Positions 59,596-64,000 of a stretch of 64,000 nt of DNA are shown here, one piece after another. The position numbers and the translations under genes were made by a program. The notes below the pieces were generated by a model that saw only the letters and a program-made list of their open reading frames with translations, searched no databases and was not told where the DNA came from. Within the stretch, counting starts at the first letter, position 1; each line of letters starts with the position of its first letter. This DNA is from Spirochaetia bacterium (lineage in GTDB: Bacteria > Spirochaetota > Spirochaetia > UBA9216): contig OY776510.1 in the NCBI GenBank assembly GCA_963675665.1, positions 3,296,001 through 3,360,000 of the forward strand, written 5' to 3'.

Positions 59596-60042
59596 CTAAT
59601 ATTCGACTATTTCCGGAATTACCCCGGAGTCTTTAATATTCATGATTAAATTTTCCACTATACTTTTTTTATCTGTTCCGTTTACCGGATTAACTGATCG
59701 ACCAATATACAACCTGATGCGATCCGCACTATTAATCTGTCTTTTCAGATAACCGACAGCATTTTTGCTGCTATATATACCGTTAAAACAAGCGTTCAGC
59801 TTTTTCAGGGTAATAGCGCCTTCAGTAGCTGTCATGCTGCCCAATTTCCCGAAAGGCGGTATGTTGTCGCAGGCTGTAGAAAGATTAACCTCAGGCTTAA
59901 AACCGGTATATTTTGTAAAGATTGAAGTTGTTGTTCCGCCGCATATGATTTTTTTGCCTTTTTCGGAAATGAATTTCATTACTGCTTCTTTATCCCGGGA
60001 AGCGTCTGCCGGAGGGCCGATAAAAAAGACAAGATTTGACAT
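59596..60042 (-). CDS. Isolated C-terminal domain of hydrogenase-associated SpoIIE/PP2C phosphatase (HfsC-like), possibly a gene remnant
   Basis: GPP...D..V..F...GKKIICGGTT, TEGAITL and GRSVNP match my recollection of the HfsC C-domain. No PP2C domain. Confidence 0.6.
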   Translation of the reverse strand: MSNLVFFIGPPADASRDKEAVMKFISEKGKKIICGGTTTSIFTKYTGFKPEVNLSTACDNIPPFGKLGSMTATEGAITLKKLNACFNGIYSSKNAVGYLKRQINSADRIRLYIGRSVNPVNGTDKKSIVENLIMNIKDSGVIPEIVEY

Positions 60043-60291
60043 CTATTTAACTGCACTTACGACTTTTTCAATAAAAAACGATTCCGCATTCTCCGGATTC
60101 GTTTCATAAACATCAGAATTTACACTAACAACAACATTTTTTTCCGAACATTTCCCCATACAGAATGTTCCCTTCAGCGAAACCTTCTTTTCAAGCCTGT
60201 TTGTACTGATTAATCTCTGAAATACTTTGATAACGCATTCAGAGCCTCTTAAATGACAAGAAGTACCTATACATACCGTCAGTTCAACCAT
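60043..60291 (-). CDS. Thioredoxin-like [2Fe-2S] ferredoxin (HfsA/NuoE-like)
   Basis: VCIGTSCHLRGS...GTFCMGKC. AGGAGG RBS before ATG 60291. Confidence 0.85.
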   Translation of the reverse strand: MVELTVCIGTSCHLRGSECVIKVFQRLISTNRLEKKVSLKGTFCMGKCSEKNVVVSVNSDVYETNPENAESFFIEKVVSAVK

Positions 60292-60346
60292 TAACGTCCT
60301 CCTGAACTCATAAAACACAATAAATTAGTGCTTAAAAGATGCTAGC

Positions 60347-60374
60347 ATTATACATGTTGTATAAACAGGCGCAA
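60347..60374 (-). promoter_or_regulatory. Promoter of the hydrogenase operon with an overlapping inverted repeat
   Basis: Minus strand TTGCGC-16-TATAAT. TTATACA-tgt-TGTATAA at 60348-60364. Confidence 0.45.
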
Positions 60375-60508
60375 TAAAAATATGTCTGATTAAATAGTGA
60401 TAGAACTCTGACAGGGAAGTAATAAAAAGAATATGTGGAATTAAAAAGACTGGAAAAATATATGTAAAGGTTTTATGCTATAACCAAGCTTATAATTAAG
60501 GAGAGATT

Positions 60509-61039
60509 ATGAAAAAGCTGATTATTTTTCTTTCAGTATTGATCTTTATTTCCGGAGGTCTTTATGCTCAAACTTCCGGCTATGTAACAATCATAAATGA
60601 AACAGGGTATAACATTAATTTTTTATATTTTTCACCGTCTGATTTTGACGACTGGGGTGATGATTTCTTAAACGGAGATTCTTTAATGGACGGAGACGAG
60701 TTTCAGATTCATCTGAACAGGGAAATTGATGCCAATCAGTTTATTTATGATCTGCAGGCGATAGACGAAGACAATGATTACTATACTATTTATGAGACGG
60801 ATATATCCGAGAATAATATTGTTTCCTTGACAATGGATGCCTATGACGGCGGCGAATATGACGATTATTCAGATTATGATTATTCCGGTTATGAGGAAGG
60901 TTATAATGAAGGATATTCGGAAGGCTATAAACAGGGCTATATCGAGGCGTTCAGAGATGCATATCTGGAAGGATTCAGATCAGCCCAGGATATGGACTTC
61001 CCCGGAAACGGTGATTCTTCCGGTAATGCATGGAGATAA
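60509..61039 (+). CDS. Secreted acidic hypothetical protein with GYxE repeats
   Basis: Signal peptide. Domain IINETGY..LYFSP..WGDDFL. Tail GYEEGYNEGYSEGYKQGY. AAGGAG RBS. Confidence 0.75.
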   Translation: MKKLIIFLSVLIFISGGLYAQTSGYVTIINETGYNINFLYFSPSDFDDWGDDFLNGDSLMDGDEFQIHLNREIDANQFIYDLQAIDEDNDYYTIYETDISENNIVSLTMDAYDGGEYDDYSDYDYSGYEEGYNEGYSEGYKQGYIEAFRDAYLEGFRSAQDMDFPGNGDSSGNAWR

Positions 61040-61071
61040 TGAAATATTAACTGATAAATGAACAAATGTTT

Positions 61072-61101
61072 AAAAAGCCGCCCGGGAAGGCGGCTTTTTT
61101 T
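61072..61101. terminator. Bidirectional intrinsic terminator
   Basis: AAAAAGCCGCC-cgggaa-GGCGGCTTTTTT between convergent genes. Confidence 0.85.
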
Positions 61102-61870
61102 AATACAGCATTGCAGAACGGCCCCAGTCGTAAAAGTCTTTTTTAATAGTATCAATTTCAGGCATCTTGTATTCAAGAAGCTCTTTTCCGTCGCCTACAT
61201 ATATTCCATTGCCGATAATCTGGAACGAAAATGATTCTACATGTGATCTGTCTATTGTTTTATTTGATTTTGCCTTGTCGCCTGTAACAGATGAAATACA
61301 GTTAAGCACATGTGGAATTTTATTATCATACATATTACCGAGGTTTCCGGAATCCTGAGGATTGTCGAAATCCGGAATTTTCATATCTGAGAAAACAATC
61401 TTTGGGACAAAAACTTTCTTGCCAGGATTTGTAAGATTTTTGGAAAAATCCTCCGGATCAAGAACGCTTGCTATAACGGGGCTGACAGGACATAACTCCT
61501 GATATATATAGTAATTACGACCGTTTATTGATTCTCTGTAGACATCTTTTTCCAAAGGAAGTACACGCCCGTCTTTTGTAGTAAGAAACATTTTACCAAG
61601 CATTTCAAGTGGGATGTTTTCAAGTGTTCTGTAAACAGAAAGGTAAACAGAATGTTTCGGGTTCCCGTTGGGATGTGAAATACACTTGGCTTTGGCGTAA
61701 TCCCAGTCGAATGAACTGTCGAAGTCGCCTTCAACGTCAAAGAAAATAATCTGTTCGGCAGAACCTTTTTTGGAACCGGTGGCCATATAGGCACCGAATT
61801 GTTCAGCGCCTAATTCCGAAGCGATTAAGGCTTCAGTTGGAAAAATTGAAAGATAATAATGCAAACTCAT
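61100..61870 (-). CDS. Conserved hypothetical protein
   Basis: Open frame of about 256 aa with a GAGGAG RBS before ATG 61870. No recognisable catalytic motif. Confidence 0.7.
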   Translation of the reverse strand: MSLHYYLSIFPTEALIASELGAEQFGAYMATGSKKGSAEQIIFFDVEGDFDSSFDWDYAKAKCISHPNGNPKHSVYLSVYRTLENIPLEMLGKMFLTTKDGRVLPLEKDVYRESINGRNYYIYQELCPVSPVIASVLDPEDFSKNLTNPGKKVFVPKIVFSDMKIPDFDNPQDSGNLGNMYDNKIPHVLNCISSVTGDKAKSNKTIDRSHVESFSFQIIGNGIYVGDGKELLEYKMPEIDTIKKDFYDWGRSAMLY

Positions 61871-62039
61871 ACTCACTCCTCACCTATTAATACAATAAGT
61901 TAAGTATTCTAGTAAAGTCAATAGTAAAAAAAGTCAATATATTTTTAAAAAAAATAGACAATTGTGCAAAATCTATTGATTATTTTCAAACAAGTTAATA
62001 AAGTCAATTACGGGTTAAGTTTTTATGAAGGAGAAATAG

Positions 62040-64000
62040 ATGGTAAATATCTTATATCTGCCATTAGCTGCCGGCGTATTATCAATGCTGTTTGCTTTCT
62101 ACAAATTTAAATGGGTAAGCAAACAACCGGCAGGTAATGAGAAAATGGTTGAAATAAGCACAGCTATCAGGCAGGGGGCAATGGCATTCCTGAAGAGGGA
62201 ATATAAAATACTGTTGCTGATTGCAATTGCTGTGGCCGTTTTGCTCACGCTCCCCGAGAAGGGATTTTTAAAGCTTGTTGCACTATCGTACGCAGTAGGA
62301 GCTGTCTTTTCCGGTCTGGCCGGATTTATCGGAATGAATGCCGCAACAAAAGCAAATTCAAGAACAACGGAAGCTGCAAGACATGGCATTGTTCCCGCCT
62401 TGAGAGTTGCTTTTAACGGCGGAAGCGTAATGGGACTGAGTGTTGTCGGTTTAAGTATCATCGGATTATCAGGACTGACAATAATATACATGAAACTTTT
62501 CGGAACAGATGCATCCGCATTGAACAACACAATTATTCCCATCCTTTCGGGTTATTCTCTCGGCGCAAGTTCGGTTGCTCTCTTTGCCCGTGTAGGCGGA
62601 GGAATATTTACAAAAGCGGCCGATGTCGGTGCGGATCTCGTTGGAAAGGTCGAAACAGGTATTCCGGAAGATGATCCGAGAAACCCTGCAACTATTGCGG
62701 ATAATGTAGGTGATAATGTAGGAGATGTAGCAGGCCTTGGATCGGACCTTTGCGAATCTTATATTGGTTCCATTATAGGCGCAGTAACGCTGGGCGGAAC
62801 TATCGGGAAACCGGAACTCGTAATATTACCGCTTATAATAGCAGGTCTGGGGGTCCTTGTTTCAATGATTGCCACGGCTTTTGTAAGAACAAAAGAGGGC
62901 GGAAACCCTCAGGCTGCCCTGAATTTCGGAACGATAGGTGCGGCAGTTATCATGGTAATTGTATCGGCCCCGATAATAATGTTCTTTGCTCCCGAATCAT
63001 ACACTTCGGGCGGCAAGGTTTACGGCAGCATGGGTATTTTCTATTCAATCATAGTCGGCCTGCTTTCCGGAGTTCTAATAGGAATTATAACTGAATATTA
63101 TACTGCCGACGGCAAAAAACCTGTGCTTGATATTGCAAGACAGTCGCAGACAGGTGCAGCTACAAATATTATTTCAGGTATAGAGAAAGGAATGCTTGCA
63201 ACCGGATTACCGGTAATTATGCTTTCGATCGGGATCTATATTTCATATCTTGCAGCGGGTCTTTACGGAATTGCTTTTGCTGCCCTTGGTATGCTTGCAA
63301 CAACCGGTATACAGCTTGCTGTCGATGCTTACGGACCTATTGCCGACAATGCCGGCGGACTGGCAGAAATGGCGCAGCTTCCGGGAGAAGTCAGGGAAAG
63401 AACCGACAAACTGGATTCGGTTGGAAATACAACCGCTGCAATCGGAAAAGGATTTGCAATAGGATCAGCAGCTTTTACAGCGCTTTCTCTTTTTGTAGCA
63501 TTTAAGGAAAAAGCCGGAATTGAAGTTATTGATATAACCAAACCGATTGTTGTTGTGGGTCTGCTTATAGGCGGAATGCTTCCTTATGTATTTTCTTCCT
63601 TCGTTATAGGAGCTGTCGGACGCGCCGCTTTTAAAATGATCGAAGAAGTTCGCAGACAATTCAGGGAAATTCCCGGCATACTTGAAGGAAACGACAAACC
63701 GGATTACGTAAGTTGCGTTGATATTGCTACAAGCGCAGCTATAAAGGAAATGGTTGTTCCCGGAGTTGCGGCGGTTATTATACCGGTTTTAATCGGATAC
63801 ACAGGCGGTGCTGAAATGCTCGGCGGTGTGCTTGTCGGGGTCACCGTTTCAGGCATAATGCTTGCGCTTTTTATGGCCAATTCGGGCGGCGCTTGGGACA
63901 ATGCGAAGAAATACATTGAATCAGGACAGTACGGCGGAAAGGGTTCTGAAGCACATAAGGCAGCTGTTATCGGAGATACTGTAGGCGATCCTTTCAAGGA
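62040..64000 (+). CDS. hppA: Membrane-bound ion-translocating pyrophosphatase, K+-dependent and probably Na+-pumping; runs off window
   Basis: Translated by hand: [52 protein letters not shown] (Ala at the K+-dependence position), [12 protein letters not shown]. Confidence 0.93.
   Translation, partial: MVNILYLPLAAGVLSMLFAFYKFKWVSKQPAGNEKMVEISTAIRQGAMAFLKREYKILLLIAIAVAVLLTLPEKGFLKLVALSYAVGAVFSGLAGFIGMNAATKANSRTTEAARHGIVPALRVAFNGGSVMGLSVVGLSIIGLSGLTIIYMKLFGTDASALNNTIIPILSGYSLGASSVALFARVGGGIFTKAADVGADLVGKVETGIPEDDPRNPATIADNVGDNVGDVAGLGSDLCESYIGSIIGAVTLGGTIGKPELVILPLIIAGLGVLVSMIATAFVRTKEGGNPQAALNFGTIGAAVIMVIVSAPIIMFFAPESYTSGGKVYGSMGIFYSIIVGLLSGVLIGIITEYYTADGKKPVLDIARQSQTGAATNIISGIEKGMLATGLPVIMLSIGIYISYLAAGLYGIAFAALGMLATTGIQLAVDAYGPIADNAGGLAEMAQLPGEVRERTDKLDSVGNTTAAIGKGFAIGSAAFTALSLFVAFKEKAGIEVIDITKPIVVVGLLIGGMLPYVFSSFVIGAVGRAAFKMIEEVRRQFREIPGILEGNDKPDYVSCVDIATSAAIKEMVVPGVAAVIIPVLIGYTGGAEMLGGVLVGVTVSGIMLALFMANSGGAWDNAKKYIESGQYGGKGSEAHKAAVIGDTVGDPFK

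Noticed and set aside
61914-62008. Three AAAGTCAAT direct repeats upstream of hppA
   Set aside because: Each is a TTGACT -35-like hexamer on the minus strand in AT-rich DNA with irregular spacing, so they cannot be told apart from promoter elements.

Overview
64 kb of gene-dense, AT-leaning chromosome from an anaerobic bacterium, most likely a free-living spirochaete (inferred from a P13-like protein, an ODP plus soluble chemoreceptor pair and spirochaete-type hypothetical proteins). I found no rRNA, tRNA, CRISPR array, prophage or transposase. In order, the window holds: (1) panE, a DmpA/S58 hydrolase and an atypical acetate kinase, divergent from panB-folD, with fhs nearby; (2) two tandem M20 N-carbamoyl hydrolases; (3) a receiver/PEP-synthase-like protein upstream of gdhA; (4) a 13-gene anaerobic purine (2,8-dioxopurine-type) operon with two xanthine-dehydrogenase trimers, SsnA, YgeY, YgeW and 8-oxoguanine deaminase, in which a threonine-synthase-like enzyme, a DHODH-like flavoprotein and a divergent PduL stand where YgeX, YgfK and carbamate kinase are expected; (5) dihydropyrimidinase; (6) lipBA with a split permease; (7) a glycogen operon with a split eukaryote-type debranching enzyme; (8) a Pta-like/Buk fusion; (9) an ODP-chemoreceptor pair; (10) a GltD-linked [FeFe]-hydrogenase behind a truncated hfs-like cassette; (11) a partial membrane pyrophosphatase. 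Three non-coding signals were read directly from the sequence. A shared 16-bp LacI-like operator links the pan/ack operon to the pyrimidine-reduction genes. A REP-like palindrome occurs three times and shows a compensatory base change. Several genes have leaderless promoters. The best candidate for an undescribed system is the co-regulated pantoate/beta-alanine module (AckA-like kinase, S58 hydrolase and PanE/PanB/FolD/Fhs). All product calls come from recognising motifs by eye; no database searches were run.
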